This document shows, piece by piece, positions 41,974 to 42,409 of a stretch of 42,409 nucleotides of DNA (positions are counted from its first letter, which is position 1; each line of letters starts with the position of its first letter). Made by a program: the position numbers and the translations under genes. Below the pieces are notes generated by a model, which worked only from the letters and a program-made list of their open reading frames with translations, searched no databases and was not told where the DNA came from. Source of the DNA: an uncultured Actinomycetes bacterium (GTDB taxonomy: Bacteria > Actinomycetota > UBA4738 > HRBIN12); NCBI GenBank assembly GCA_964655465.1, contig CAZZND010000004.1, forward strand, positions 1 through 42,409, read 5' to 3'.

Positions 41974-42409
41974 CATGGCTGGCGGAGAGGTGCAGCTCGT
42001 CGACCTGGTCAAGCGGTTCGGTGATTTCACGGCCGTCGCCGGGATCACCCTCGAGATGCCTTCGGGCGAGTTCTTCTCGCTCCTCGGTCCATCGGGCTGT
42101 GGCAAGACCACGAGCCTGCGCATGATCGCCGGGTTCGAGCGCCCCACCGAAGGGCAGATCCTGCTCGACGGTGAGGACATGGCCCAGACCCCTCCGCACA
42201 GGCGCAACGTCAACATGGTGTTCCAGAACTACGCGCTGTTCCCGCACCTGAACGTCGAGCAGAACGTCGGGTTCGGCCTGAAGTACCAGAAGGCGTCGAA
42301 GGCCGAGACCACCGAACGGGTGGGCAAGGCGCTCGAGCTCGTGCAGATGAGTCAGTTCACGCAGCGCCGGCCCGCCCAGCTCTCGGGCGGGCAGCAGCAG
42401 CGCGTGGCG
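41974..42409 (+). CDS. ABC transporter ATP-binding protein, PotA/CysA-like, N-terminal part (3' end outside window)
   Basis: MAGGEVQLVDLVKRFGDFTAV..., Walker A GPSGCGKTT, Q-loop NMVFQNYALFPHL, LSGGQQQRVA. Open to the window end, so not in the ORF track. Confidence 0.85.

Overview
This is a very GC-rich, tightly packed chromosomal segment. The gene content looks actinobacterial: an MMPL transporter, an F420-type LLM oxidoreductase, DUF3054, a HisN-like IMPase, TetR regulators and an IS1182-type element.

I support about 40 protein genes:
- The 3' end of a peptide ABC-transporter operon, followed by a TetR regulator.
- An intact IS1182-family insertion (about 3679-5400).
- A Tat-signal agmatine-deiminase-family enzyme, a C45 Ntn hydrolase/acyltransferase, YjbQ, an IMPase-family phosphatase and an orphan family-5 solute-binding protein.
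- A GroES-like protein, an HPPY-variant PrmC-like methyltransferase and an S9 peptidase.
- A molybdenum-cofactor block: moaA, a flavodoxin-like protein and a MogA-XdhC fusion.
- A methyltransferase, a sulfatase and a phosphoesterase.
- A KamA-family radical-SAM aminomutase.
- Two paralogous PAS-GGDEF-EAL genes in inverted orientation, one of them frameshifted. They flank transketolase, a plant/cyanobacterial-type phosphoribulokinase homologue and a DEAD-box helicase.
- A lipoprotein, a small DUF protein and a TetR regulator, divergent from the MMPL gene.
- LLM oxidoreductase, an AlkD-like protein, DUF3054, a decayed FAD-oxidoreductase remnant, an alpha/beta hydrolase, an SDR, an MFS transporter and the start of a PotA-like ABC ATPase.

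I see no rRNA, tRNA or CRISPR. I recognise no defence, toxin-antitoxin, prophage or secondary-metabolite cluster.

Nothing here is a clear novel system. The leads I consider most worth a second look are:
1. The transketolase / PRK-like pair with no RuBisCO in view.
2. The GroES-like / HPPY-methyltransferase / S9-peptidase module.
3. The Tat-exported deiminase next to the C45 enzyme.
4. The MogA-XdhC fusion with a dedicated flavodoxin-like gene.
5. Recurrent hairpins that bury Shine-Dalgarno sequences.
6. The extreme compaction: convergent genes share CTAG/TTAG stop codons, and one divergent pair has start codons that touch.

Many long ORFs in the six-frame track are antisense shadows of real genes, caused by GC bias, and I rejected them. 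All family assignments rest on motifs read by eye and on memory of those families. No searches were run.
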